DNA from: a virus
Taxonomy: Duplodnaviria; Caudoviricetes
Virus record (IMG/VR): IMGVR_UViG_3300020187_000040
Coordinates: 1-57,045 of that record
Reading direction: 5' to 3' (one strand)
Length of the DNA stretch: 57,045 bases
The translations under genes were made by a program, and so were the position numbers. Positions within the stretch are counted from its first letter, which is position 1, and each line of letters begins with the position of its first letter. This document shows, piece after piece, positions 47,200-56,275 of the stretch. The notes below the pieces were generated by a model. The model did not search any database. It was not told where the DNA came from and was given only the letters and a program-made list of their open reading frames with translations.

Positions 47200-47959
47200 C
47201 GCCTAAAAATGCTATTCCTTTCTTGTTTAAAATTGCAGCAGCTTTGTCCTTTAAAGTCTTTTTTAAGTTTTTAATTTGTTTGTATCCGGCCTTTCTTCCT
47301 GTCTCTGTACTCTTAAAACCCATCTCATGAGCGACCTCTTCATCTGTCATGTTTTTAATAAATAATAATTCAAAAGCCTGAAACTGCCTAGAATTTAATT
47401 GTTTCTTTAATTCTTTTATTAATTTTGCTGATGCTACATCTATGTCTGTCCCCAGCACATTATCTGAACCTGCATCTATTTGATTTATGTGATTCTCTAA
47501 AGATAATGTTATTTTAATATTGTATGCATTCTTCTTACTCTTGCTCCACTTTTTGTATAGCGGGCATGTGCAGTCTTGCTCCCCAGAAGCGGTAAAACTG
47601 CAAAGATTATATTCTGAATCTGAATTAAATGGGCAATTTAAACATGGCCTCGCATAATTACTATAATGATTCCTTAGGATATTTTTCATCTGATTGGCGA
47701 TGATTTTGTTTATCCATGGTTTGATGGGGCGAGACTGGTCCCACTGGTCCCATTTATTAAAGATATGGGCCCGAATAATCTGGCAAACATCATCGAAGTC
47801 AACCCAGGCAACTGATGTCAAAAACCAATTCTTCCTTCTTTTGGATAGTTCTTGATCTATTAAGTCTGAGTGATCTTCGTATGTTTGAATTTCTGGGCTG
47901 GACGAGGTATCTTTTTTTGAATTATTTTCCGGGTTTCTGCTCTGGTTCGACATTGACAA
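47183..47959 (-). CDS. Phage-encoded ECF-like RNA polymerase sigma factor with a Cys-rich insert
   Basis: Region 2-like DFDDVCQII...WDQSRPIKPWINKIIANQMKNILR; region 4-like LNSRQFQAFELLFIKNMTDEEVAHEMG; CLNC...C...CTC between them. Start codon uncertain. Confidence 0.8.
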   Translation of the reverse strand: MSMSNQSRNPENNSKKDTSSSPEIQTYEDHSDLIDQELSKRRKNWFLTSVAWVDFDDVCQIIRAHIFNKWDQWDQSRPIKPWINKIIANQMKNILRNHYSNYARPCLNCPFNSDSEYNLCSFTASGEQDCTCPLYKKWSKSKKNAYNIKITLSLENHINQIDAGSDNVLGTDIDVASAKLIKELKKQLNSRQFQAFELLFIKNMTDEEVAHEMGFKSTETGRKAGYKQIKNLKKTLKDKAAAILNKKGIAFLGDDELN

Positions 47960-48236
47960 TATCTCCGAATTTGTAAGTTTTGTTGCCTGATCCTTCGTGA
48001 GCTAAATCATAACTCAATTTCCCAATACTTGGAACATAGTCAATGTCTGTTTCATCATCTTTTAACGGCACTGAAGCTTTAGATTGCGATGTCTTTTTAT
48101 TGAGGTCCACTTTTGTCTTTGTATTAGACTTGGTTAACACTCCTCCGATAGGTGAGCCGCATGAAGAACAAAATTTCGGCTTAGCCCCAGAGTATGAGAC
48201 TTTGCCTCCGCATTCAGTACAATATATATGTTGCAT
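47922..48236 (-). CDS. Zinc-ribbon protein
   Basis: Likely start 48236 (MQHIYCTECGGK...PKFCSSCGSP). Confidence 0.75.
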   Translation of the reverse strand: MQHIYCTECGGKVSYSGAKPKFCSSCGSPIGGVLTKSNTKTKVDLNKKTSQSKASVPLKDDETDIDYVPSIGKLSYDLAHEGSGNKTYKFGDIVNVEPEQKPGK

Positions 48237-48276
48237 ATTATTATATAATAATTGACTGCAAAAAAAAATCAATTAT

Positions 48277-48918
48277 TTATATTAAATATCCACCTATCGC
48301 TCTTGCTTGTGCTTTTATAAATTTAAGTAAGTAAAGTTCGAAGTCTTCTTCTCCAAATTTTTCCCGCACCTTCACTAGGTCAATATTTACCTTGACATAG
48401 TCTACTCCGAGAATTCCTATAATGTTGCCACTAAGAGTCTTGATTGGTACGTTCAAGATTGACTTAACCCCCTTGGAGTGTAAAAGAGATGAAAATGCAT
48501 GGTCATCTAATTTGTCGGAGTCAAAACTAAAAAACTTTCCGTCATCAATTAAATGGCTTATATAAGAATGGTAGTTTGATACTTTATATTCTTGCATCTC
48601 GATACATTCTCTACTGGTTCCTTCTGTGACAATCTCATGAGTGCAGCTAAATTTCTGCTGATGCCTGCCTGATAAGTAACTATTTCCATTGTGAAACTCA
48701 ATCACATATGCTCTGTCTCCACCTAACTCGGTTAAAATGAACTCTAATGCTTTGTATACGTTCCTACTTTGAAGAGTGTCTTTAACGACCGGGTCTTTGC
48801 AGTCAGAATCACAGGAGGCTTGATTCCTATTTTTAAATATTCTATGCCCGAATATTACACTGGTTAATGTAGCCAGTGCAGTAATTACAGATGCTATTAT
48901 TGTGGACCAATCGATCAT
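48277..48918 (-). CDS. N-terminal TM helix plus GAF-domain protein (possible holin)
   Basis: 213 aa. IIASVITALATLTSVIFG TM segment; DRAYVIEFHNG, GVKSILNVPI, IIGILGVDY GAF motifs. Confidence 0.65.
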   Translation of the reverse strand: MIDWSTIIASVITALATLTSVIFGHRIFKNRNQASCDSDCKDPVVKDTLQSRNVYKALEFILTELGGDRAYVIEFHNGNSYLSGRHQQKFSCTHEIVTEGTSRECIEMQEYKVSNYHSYISHLIDDGKFFSFDSDKLDDHAFSSLLHSKGVKSILNVPIKTLSGNIIGILGVDYVKVNIDLVKVREKFGEEDFELYLLKFIKAQARAIGGYLI

Positions 48919-48939
48919 TCAAAAAAATAGTACACTAAT

Positions 48940-49659
48940 TTATTTACTTTTTAATTTTTTAACTATATATTTAAGTATTTCACTCCTAAAAATGTCTGAC
49001 TCGTTAAATCGAAAGCAGTGAATTCCTTTTTCTTTGCTTTCATCATCATCAAACACTTTAATCATATCATTAAAACCACTCTTTCCGTTGATGTCGCTTT
49101 GCATTGTGTCGCCACATACAAAAAGTTTTGTGCCTTCACCGATTCGAGTAATTAATGTAACAAGCTCTCTGAACGTAAAGTTTTGTGACTCATCAGCTAT
49201 AACGATTTTATTTAACCAGCTCGCTCCTCGCAAGAAATTAATTGGCATTGCTTGAACTCTTCCGCTTTTAATAAGCTCTTGCTTGATGGTCGTTGTTTTT
49301 GGCAACATCTCGTCGAGCTTGTCTTCTAATGGAGCCATGTATGGATTAAACTTGTCTTCTATAGTGCCAGGAAGGGCTCCAAGGCCTTTTTCCGCGCTCT
49401 CTATAGCTGTCCTCACATAAAGCAGGTCGAGCTCGCCATCCTGCCTTAGTTGTTTAAGAGCAGCAAAGACCGCCATGTATGTTTTAGTGGACCCGGCCGG
49501 TCCAGAAACAAAAATTATCTTGCATTCTGGATCTAATGCTATATCTACAAATTTTTTTTGTTTTTCACTCAGTTTCAATCCTTTAATTCGGATCTTAGGC
49601 TGAAAGGCGTTATCGTTAATGATTTCAATCTCTTCTTGATTAATTTTTTTTCTTCCCAT
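48940..49659 (-). CDS. phoH: PhoH-family ATPase
   Basis: 239 aa. GPAGSTKT, LGALPG, FLRG, IADESQN, TRIGE, GDTMQSD, DIFRS. Confidence 0.93.
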   Translation of the reverse strand: MGRKKINQEEIEIINDNAFQPKIRIKGLKLSEKQKKFVDIALDPECKIIFVSGPAGSTKTYMAVFAALKQLRQDGELDLLYVRTAIESAEKGLGALPGTIEDKFNPYMAPLEDKLDEMLPKTTTIKQELIKSGRVQAMPINFLRGASWLNKIVIADESQNFTFRELVTLITRIGEGTKLFVCGDTMQSDINGKSGFNDMIKVFDDDESKEKGIHCFRFNESDIFRSEILKYIVKKLKSK

Positions 49660-49685
49660 GTGTTTTTGTTAGGATTGTATATAAT

Positions 49686-49703
49686 TACACAAAGTTTAGT
49701 GTA
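49686..49703. promoter_or_regulatory. Back-to-back divergent GTGTA elements
   Basis: tacac (49686) aaagttta gtgta (49699) between divergent phoH and the 49719 gene. Confidence 0.55.
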
Positions 49704-49718
49704 TAATATATATATTAT

Positions 49719-49916
49719 ATGGGAAATTTATCAAAATACGACGTACTTAATTTATTATCTAAGAAAATGCCTTTTTTTGCGGCCACACAATGGCTCAAAA
49801 ACCCACATGTAGGATTTGATGGTAAAGCTCCGTCTGACTTAATGAAAGATGGGGAAATCGATGCGGTTTATGCTCAATTAGAAGCCGATATCAACGCTAA
49901 AAAGAAAAATGGGTAG
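49719..49916 (+). CDS. Stand-alone Xre/MbcA/ParS antitoxin C-terminal (toxin-binding) domain protein
   Basis: 65 aa. ATQWLKNPHVGFDGKAPSDLM..G...VYAQL matches the family pattern AxxWLxxPxxxLxGxxPxxL. Confidence 0.75.
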   Translation: MGNLSKYDVLNLLSKKMPFFAATQWLKNPHVGFDGKAPSDLMKDGEIDAVYAQLEADINAKKKNG

Positions 49917-50418
49917 AGAGTTTGCCAGATTTTCCGCAGAACTTAGCGAGACTTTTGATTTGAGCAGCGGTCTTGATACCGAGTCCCCAGGGGTGTCTTC
50001 CGCTAATTTTCATGGGCCAAAGGGTTCTAGTACGGATATTACCAATTCTTTTGCTAGTTTGAATGCGATTGCATCCAATAATACTAGGTATACTATTATT
50101 GATATCCCAGGGGCAATAGCAACGCCTGTAACTTCTGGCTCTAAAATTATCGCCCATGGAGTAGTAGGACTAGGTCCGTCAGGTGATACCTTAGTAAATG
50201 CTACAGTAAGCAATAGATGGAAGAAGGGCTCCGCTCAAAGCGTAATGTTTGTGGACATTACCGTGCCTTCTTCTGCTAATGCAACTGTATTAGCTACAGC
50301 CGAGAATAGCGTGGGGCTCATATCTACAGTTTCAGTCAGAAATTTAGGAAGCAACAAGTATCGCTTTAACACAGACTCGGGCCAGAAAAAGATTTACTTC
50401 GCATTTATTAAAGGATAA
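49909..50418 (+). CDS. Hypothetical beta-rich, probably structural protein
   Basis: 169 aa, Ser/Thr/Gly-rich, overlaps both neighbours. Confidence 0.65.
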   Translation: MGREFARFSAELSETFDLSSGLDTESPGVSSANFHGPKGSSTDITNSFASLNAIASNNTRYTIIDIPGAIATPVTSGSKIIAHGVVGLGPSGDTLVNATVSNRWKKGSAQSVMFVDITVPSSANATVLATAENSVGLISTVSVRNLGSNKYRFNTDSGQKKIYFAFIKG

Positions 50419-51626
50419 TGAAAATCAATATTATATGGGGTAAGTATGTGGTCTACGATTATGGCCGCGAAGATATTTCTGATGCGGTCTTAGAAAAATC
50501 TATAGACATCAAAGATTCAACAGGAACAGTCGTCTCGAAGCTTGTTATCGATACAACAAACAACAAGATTTTAACGTTGCCCACATTATCACGAGATACT
50601 TCTTATAATATCGAAATAGATGACGGTATCCTTGATGTTCAAAGCGATTTACCTTCGGAAGATGAAGAGCCAGAGCCAGACGGCATAAAAATTAGCGAGC
50701 TACCGAATACATCTAGCCTACAGCAAGGTGACTTATTTGCAATATCCAGGGACGACGGAGAGGACGGCAGCTATAATCGAACATTGCATGTGACTTTGAC
50801 TGATTTAATTGCCTCAATTAATCCATCGACCACATATACCCTAACCGTTAACGGTGCGACGGGTGGAGAAGTAATTCCGCTAAATCCAGAAAATTATCAA
50901 GAAGGAGCCGATGTTACCGCAGGTATAACAATGATCACTGGTACAGAGCCAGAATACAATTTCTTGTCCTGGACTTCTGATTGGCCAACTTTAGATGGAT
51001 CAACTGATGCAAGCTTAAACTTTCAAATGCCTGCTCAAGATGTTACCCTGACTCCAAATGTCGAGGTCGCTGATAATAGCACCTGGACCGTTGATCTTTA
51101 TAATTCAGCTGAGGGAGGAGGAGGATGGGATCCAGACCATAATATATCCTCTGACGGCGTGCAAAAAATTACAAGTTCGGCTACCAACCCCAACCAAAAT
51201 GGAAGTATTATTTTCTATTACACACCAGGTCAGCACTCAGGCGGGTCTCCAACATACACATGCCGATTCATAATGGCAAATGAACATGCATGGGTAAAAG
51301 ATGAAATAAATGCCGGAAACTATGACAACTTAAGGCTAGACTTCGTAGACTCTAATGGTTCGGTCATACAAGATTCCCTAGGAACGGACATGAGTTATAA
51401 CGGGGAAGCAGAATTGACGTTTGGATATTTTGGTGCATTCACTGAAACAGAAAGATTAGGAATCTTAGCGGGTGGTGCGGGATCAGCTCAAATAACTATC
51501 GAATTTGATAAGGAGCATTCCAGCGTAAGGGCGGTTTTGACACAAATTAGCAGCTCGCAAACAGTTACATCTATACCGGCAATAGTTTATAGTGACATTG
51601 ACCCTGTATTCGGTTACGGTCAATAA
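50418..51626 (+). CDS. Virion accessory protein: KISELP module, InlB B-repeat-like domain and a domain shared with the distal tail protein
   Basis: 402 aa. IKISELPNTSSLQQGDLFAI; YTLTVNG...YNFLSWT...FQMPAQDVTLTP; C-terminal ~180 aa similar to the N-terminal region of 9685..15273. Confidence 0.7.
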   Translation: MKINIIWGKYVVYDYGREDISDAVLEKSIDIKDSTGTVVSKLVIDTTNNKILTLPTLSRDTSYNIEIDDGILDVQSDLPSEDEEPEPDGIKISELPNTSSLQQGDLFAISRDDGEDGSYNRTLHVTLTDLIASINPSTTYTLTVNGATGGEVIPLNPENYQEGADVTAGITMITGTEPEYNFLSWTSDWPTLDGSTDASLNFQMPAQDVTLTPNVEVADNSTWTVDLYNSAEGGGGWDPDHNISSDGVQKITSSATNPNQNGSIIFYYTPGQHSGGSPTYTCRFIMANEHAWVKDEINAGNYDNLRLDFVDSNGSVIQDSLGTDMSYNGEAELTFGYFGAFTETERLGILAGGAGSAQITIEFDKEHSSVRAVLTQISSSQTVTSIPAIVYSDIDPVFGYGQ

Positions 51627-51632
51627 CCTCGT

Positions 51633-51872
51633 TTACTTCTTATTCAAAAAAGATCGGTACCAGTATTCCCCGCCTTGTCTTAAACTGTCATTGCTCTCCC
51701 TAATATACTCTAATAAAGATTCAAGCAGTAATAACTTTTCTCCTATAAAGTAATTGTTTGTTTCGTCCCTGACTTCCTTTATAACATCTTTTGCAAAGTC
51801 TATATATGGGCATGTGTTTGTGGGTATGCTAGGAGCATCCGCCTTGTAATCTTCTATTGTTTTGCGCTTCAT
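51633..51872 (-). CDS. Hypothetical protein
   Basis: Likely start 51872 (MKRKTIEDY), 11 nt after a GTGTA element. TCPYID and LEYIRESNDSLR motifs. Confidence 0.65.
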   Translation of the reverse strand: MKRKTIEDYKADAPSIPTNTCPYIDFAKDVIKEVRDETNNYFIGEKLLLLESLLEYIRESNDSLRQGGEYWYRSFLNKK

Positions 51873-51890
51873 ATAACTTATAATACACGC

Positions 51891-51914
51891 AAAAAAAACC
51901 CTCAAGAGAGGGTT
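51891..51914 (-). terminator. Rho-independent terminator
   Basis: Stem aaccctc/gagggtt with loop aaga, followed on the minus strand by a U-run. Confidence 0.7.
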
Positions 51915-51941
51915 AGTTATTTATAATGTATAAACTTTTTA

Positions 51942-52526
51942 TTATGGTCTTATAACTTTTTTCCACACAACCCCCTGGTCGCTCAGGCTAATCTGCATAA
52001 TAACATTGTCCGCGTTAACCTGGGCACTTGATCTATCTGACACTCGCCATATCCCCCCCCCCATATCTTCACTAAGCAAATAATACTCTCCGGATACAAT
52101 ACCTTGAGAGTTTGGAAACATGGAGTCAGGTGTTGTTGTGCACTTGATTGTATCCCATGCAATAACAGAAGTATTTGACGAACTTAGTGTGAGTGCATCC
52201 AACTCCTCTTTTGTAATGACCTCAAGGTTATCGTTATACCAGTAATCCAAAGCGTCGTTAACGCCGTCGCCGTCAGTATCTATATTCTCTAGTGGGTTTG
52301 GCTCTGCAACCATATCTGTTAAATTAGCAATCTTGTAGACCTCTGCAGGATCTTGCCCTGTGACTGTTTTAGTGCAAACATAAACGGCGGGGCTTGCTCC
52401 TGTTACCAGAAGCATTTCTCCGGCAACTGCATCGCTTAAGGTGTTTTGTATATCTGAACCCGTCCGAATTTTAACGCGAAACTCTTTATTGTCTAAATAT
52501 TGACCGCTATATCCTATGTCTTGCAT
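51942..52526 (-). CDS. Putative fibre/decoration protein with one DxDGDG Ca-binding motif
   Basis: 194 aa. VKIRTG...AGEMLLVT...VYVC fibre N-terminal-like module; DTDGDGVNDALD. Confidence 0.55.
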   Translation of the reverse strand: MQDIGYSGQYLDNKEFRVKIRTGSDIQNTLSDAVAGEMLLVTGASPAVYVCTKTVTGQDPAEVYKIANLTDMVAEPNPLENIDTDGDGVNDALDYWYNDNLEVITKEELDALTLSSSNTSVIAWDTIKCTTTPDSMFPNSQGIVSGEYYLLSEDMGGGIWRVSDRSSAQVNADNVIMQISLSDQGVVWKKVIRP

Positions 52527-52642
52527 TTAATTACTTGCTTTTTTTCTTCGGCCGCCCAGGATTCCTGAGAGATTTCTTCTGTGTTGCCCTCTTCAGCATC
52601 TAATTGAGCCCGGATTTCTTGTGTGAAGTCTAGTTCTTTCAT
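52514..52642 (-). CDS. Small acidic ORF (42 aa) below the track cutoff
   Basis: MKELDFTQEIRAQLDAEEGNTEEISQESWAAEEKKQVIKCKT fills the gap downstream of a GTGTA element (52690-52694). Confidence 0.55.
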   Translation of the reverse strand: MKELDFTQEIRAQLDAEEGNTEEISQESWAAEEKKQVIKCKT

Positions 52643-52697
52643 TATATTATATAATAATTGTTAAATTGTAAATTTTCTATTTTAAATTCTACACCTA

Positions 52698-52928
52698 TTA
52701 AGGAGTTACCTGCATACTATCAGAGTGCCCTAAGTATTCGCCGAATTCATCGTAAGCCTTCACTGTAAGTGTCCCGGGCTGAGTAATATTGATGTTAATA
52801 TACGATGAGGTTGCCTCAACGAAAACTTCTTCTCCAAAATTGACTCTAATACCATATGTATGAACATTATCATCTGATATTTTTATTTGATGAGTTGATT
52901 TTGCTGTATGTGGTTCAAAACGTTCCAT
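52698..52928 (-). CDS. Small Ig-like hypothetical protein
   Basis: 76 aa, beta-rich, PGTLTVKAYDEFG. Confidence 0.55.
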   Translation of the reverse strand: MERFEPHTAKSTHQIKISDDNVHTYGIRVNFGEEVFVEATSSYININITQPGTLTVKAYDEFGEYLGHSDSMQVTP

Positions 52929-52933
52929 TATAT

Positions 52934-54247
52934 TTATTTTTTTGTTATTATTACTTGGCCCGCGGCGCCTCCGGTACGTATCCGGCAGTCTTTCTGAAAT
53001 GTTTTATGACCACTATCGGTTGTTGCAACTCCATCACCAATCCAACCCATTGGTGGTTGACTGGCGCTAAGACGATAATACTCAGGCCTCGGTCCAGGCG
53101 GTGTCTCCAGTATCCAGTCATCTGCATTACCGATTAAATTTGCATATTCAAGGGTGAGAGAGACTATATGGTAATTATGCTCTGTACCATCCCATCCTTG
53201 CGCAAAACCCACAAACGTCGAAGTTTTATTATGTTCACCATCTGGAATAATAGTCCAAGCCTTAAACTGACCCATAGCAACCGATGTATGACCATAAAAA
53301 TATCCTGATTCACTAGTGGTGGTGTCTTCTAGGAGATGTGTACCGCTGGCCCAAGAATATTCTCCATCATTATGTACGTATCCAAAGAAGGTTGCCTGCA
53401 ATAGATTATTGGGCCCTTTGAATTCAAGGGCATAAAGTTGTATATATCTTTCTGAAGCATCTGGACAAGAGGGGTACCATACTCTTAAGTCATCAATCGT
53501 TATATTATATAATATTCGACTTGTGGTTGATTTTGCTGAGCATAAAAGCTCATTTTCTGCTGTATAGGCTTTTGCTTCAAGGTTATATGGATTACGTCCA
53601 CTGGATGATACTTCATAAATTGGCAGTGTTACCTGTATTCCTTCTACCACAGTTTCGGCATCGTACTCTGATGGAAAAGTATAATTTTCCATCTCAGCTA
53701 TTGCCTCTGCATATGATAACTCGGGCCCTGTTTCTCCCCAGAGAACAAACTTACCATCAACATCCCAATATAAGTCACTTGAAGCCAAAATTTCATCTAG
53801 ATTTGTTATTTGATAATGTCTCTCATACCTTCTATTGCTGTAACGACTCCATTCATCAGGTATATATGGCACCAAGTCTGTTTCGACGTGCAGGTTTCGC
53901 CACACTCCAACTAGATCATAAAAACGTGAGCGCCATGTGCTAACAAAAGTGGTAGTGTTTATAGTCCAGTAATCTATATGCTGTTTTCCGGATCCCTCTA
54001 GGGTGTATGTAATGGTTTCATCGTTAGAATTAAAAAATGATTTAATTTTCAGATCACAGTAAGCATTATTTGAACCCGCACACTTAACTAACTGCAATAC
54101 CGGTTTTTCTGTTGAACCTATATTTACATAACCTCTATTGTGTTTATCAATTTCTCCTTCTCCTGCGGGTCTATTTTGCTCTGTCGTCTTAAAGATAGGG
54201 TTTGTTGAGTCACCTATATTATTATAAGATCTTCCGTATTTTTTCAT
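52934..54247 (-). CDS. Putative fibre/decoration protein
   Basis: ATG at 54247. Duplicated N-terminal KxxRxYxNIGxxxxPxx motif, related to the start of 54673..55902. Confidence 0.55.
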   Translation of the reverse strand: MKKYGRSYNNIGDSTNPIFKTTEQNRPAGEGEIDKHNRGYVNIGSTEKPVLQLVKCAGSNNAYCDLKIKSFFNSNDETITYTLEGSGKQHIDYWTINTTTFVSTWRSRFYDLVGVWRNLHVETDLVPYIPDEWSRYSNRRYERHYQITNLDEILASSDLYWDVDGKFVLWGETGPELSYAEAIAEMENYTFPSEYDAETVVEGIQVTLPIYEVSSSGRNPYNLEAKAYTAENELLCSAKSTTSRILYNITIDDLRVWYPSCPDASERYIQLYALEFKGPNNLLQATFFGYVHNDGEYSWASGTHLLEDTTTSESGYFYGHTSVAMGQFKAWTIIPDGEHNKTSTFVGFAQGWDGTEHNYHIVSLTLEYANLIGNADDWILETPPGPRPEYYRLSASQPPMGWIGDGVATTDSGHKTFQKDCRIRTGGAAGQVIITKK

Positions 54248-54342
54248 CAATCTATCCTGTTTTATATTCTGATTAGCAGTTATTCTGTGGAATATTACAA
54301 TGGAGCGGTAAAACTCGTGCTAGGCATTTTTTTTTGCAGTTT

Positions 54343-54669
54343 CTATTTTAAATCCCAAGGTAATTCTGCACTAAGAACAGCTTCATTAAGATGGATATCT
54401 ATTTTTTTAATTATCTCATCGTACTCTTTTGAGTTTTTTAAAACACTCCAAGTCCAGGATTCTACTTGCTCTCTGGTTAATTCAAAGTAGGTTATATAAT
54501 TTTCTTTGTTTTGGGGTAGTGGTAGAGTTATTTCTCCGTCACAACTAACTCGTACTTTACGTTCATTATATCCATGCAATGTATATCTGACTAATCTAGC
54601 AATATCTTGAAAGCCTTCATAATCTAGTTCTCTTGAAACTGATCGTATTTCTAATTTGTATGTATTCAT
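54343..54669 (-). CDS. Putative tail fibre assembly/chaperone protein
   Basis: 108 aa right after a Gly-rich fibre. YITYFELTREQVESWTW...LPW pattern. Confidence 0.55.
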   Translation of the reverse strand: MNTYKLEIRSVSRELDYEGFQDIARLVRYTLHGYNERKVRVSCDGEITLPLPQNKENYITYFELTREQVESWTWSVLKNSKEYDEIIKKIDIHLNEAVLSAELPWDLK

Positions 54670-54672
54670 CGT

Positions 54673-55902
54673 TTAAGAATCTATTATAAGCACCATGCCG
54701 CCGCCTCCGTTTCCACCTCTGTTTCTTGATCCGGACCATCCAGCATTACTATTATAGCCGCCAGTTCCACCGCTTACATCGCAATTTACTGCTGTATCTA
54801 TAACTAAGTCAGGGCTGACTAGTGAAATTATTCCACCACCACCACCTCCTCCTGGTCCACCCATAAAGTGACCCGAACTACCACGGCCCCCGCCCCTTCC
54901 TCTTGCATAAATTATTCCGTTTGTTCCGAATCTTATTCTAGGAGCTAACAATATTATGTTTCCGCCTCCAAGACCACCATTACCGGCAGTTGAGGGATCG
55001 CCAAGACCACCTGCACCACCATTTCCTCCAAGAAGTATAGGGATATCTAGAGAAGAGGTAAGTCCGGGTTTTTCTACAGCCAAATATTCTTGATAAAATA
55101 AATTGCTTTGCAGGGTATTTGAAAACTTATTCCAAGCATAATGTTCTTTTAAATAATTTGTAAATTCAGCCTGTATTGCCGCCGTCATATTTTCACCTTG
55201 CCCACCACTAGCCCCGCCACTGTTAGCTCCCCCATAACCGCCGCTACCTCCGTTAAGTTTAGATGTACCGTCGGGAAAAAGGCATGAGTCACCATGAGTC
55301 CCACCATCACAACTACCATTTCCACTCCCGCCACCACCACCGCCACCAGCGCTTGCGGAAATCGTGTTGACGTTAAGGTATTGTCTGCCACGGGCAGATC
55401 GGTTACTTCTTCTGCTGGAATATGGGGTAGCTGTAATTGTTGAGCTTAATGAGCTTGTGCCTGTCGAACGCGACATTTCAATACTTCCATTTATGGTTAT
55501 AGTTTCTGACGCAAAAATAATAGCGTAATCGTTGGTTACTGTCAATGTTGAGCCTTCATTAATCTGCAAATTTCTAAAATTTAAAACCCCAAGATTATTA
55601 TCCTGTAAGTTGCCCTCCCATGTTTCATTTGTGGATATTATTTTGTCTTCAGTGCTTACGCCATAGTTGGGCTCTCCGGCTTGTGCTTCTCCACATGGGA
55701 CACCATTAGTTTGAACCCATCCAGTATTATCTATATAAACATAGAGCTCGCCTGTTACTTCGTTAAACCATAAATCTCCATCAGATGGATTAGCCGGTGA
55801 AGCTTCGCTGGTTGTAACATTAGCACCACTTTCACCTGCTAATTGATAAACAGGATTTGAACCCAACCCTCTTTGATTGTAACTTTTTCCAAATTTTTTC
55901 AT
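54673..55902 (-). CDS. Glycine-rich tail fibre/adhesin
   Basis: 409 aa. PANPSDGDLWFNEVTGELYVY module followed by GGxGG-rich tracts with GGNIILLA and GGGMVLII. Confidence 0.7.
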   Translation of the reverse strand: MKKFGKSYNQRGLGSNPVYQLAGESGANVTTSEASPANPSDGDLWFNEVTGELYVYIDNTGWVQTNGVPCGEAQAGEPNYGVSTEDKIISTNETWEGNLQDNNLGVLNFRNLQINEGSTLTVTNDYAIIFASETITINGSIEMSRSTGTSSLSSTITATPYSSRRSNRSARGRQYLNVNTISASAGGGGGGGSGNGSCDGGTHGDSCLFPDGTSKLNGGSGGYGGANSGGASGGQGENMTAAIQAEFTNYLKEHYAWNKFSNTLQSNLFYQEYLAVEKPGLTSSLDIPILLGGNGGAGGLGDPSTAGNGGLGGGNIILLAPRIRFGTNGIIYARGRGGGRGSSGHFMGGPGGGGGGGIISLVSPDLVIDTAVNCDVSGGTGGYNSNAGWSGSRNRGGNGGGGMVLIIDS

Positions 55903-56275
55903 ACCTTAATACAATTATATACACAAGAATCTTATTTTCGGCGGCATATTCTGTCGCCAATCTCAACACGATCCCCTCACCCATGCCAGACATTATTCCA
56001 GTTTTTATTTTTTTTGTTTCAATTCCTATAATTTATTATAAAATATTATAAAATTTGTATTGTTTTATTTTTTACTTTCTTTTTAATCCCTCTTCCATTT
56101 TTTTTAAAAACCCTTTTTTGATTTTTTACCCGCCGATTTTTTTTGATTTAGTAAATTATATAAAGTTATAATATTCAAAATTGAGAATGAAGATACCCAC
56201 CCCCCCCGCTATTTAGAAAGTCATACCTTCGCAAAAATTCAAAAAAGTACCCCCGGGGTCGGATTAATTTTCTTT

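Noticed and set aside
781-55902. Stop-codon reassignment (alternative genetic code)
   Set aside because: Standard-code ORFs tile the window densely and long genes are unbroken. TAA, TAG and TGA all end genes.
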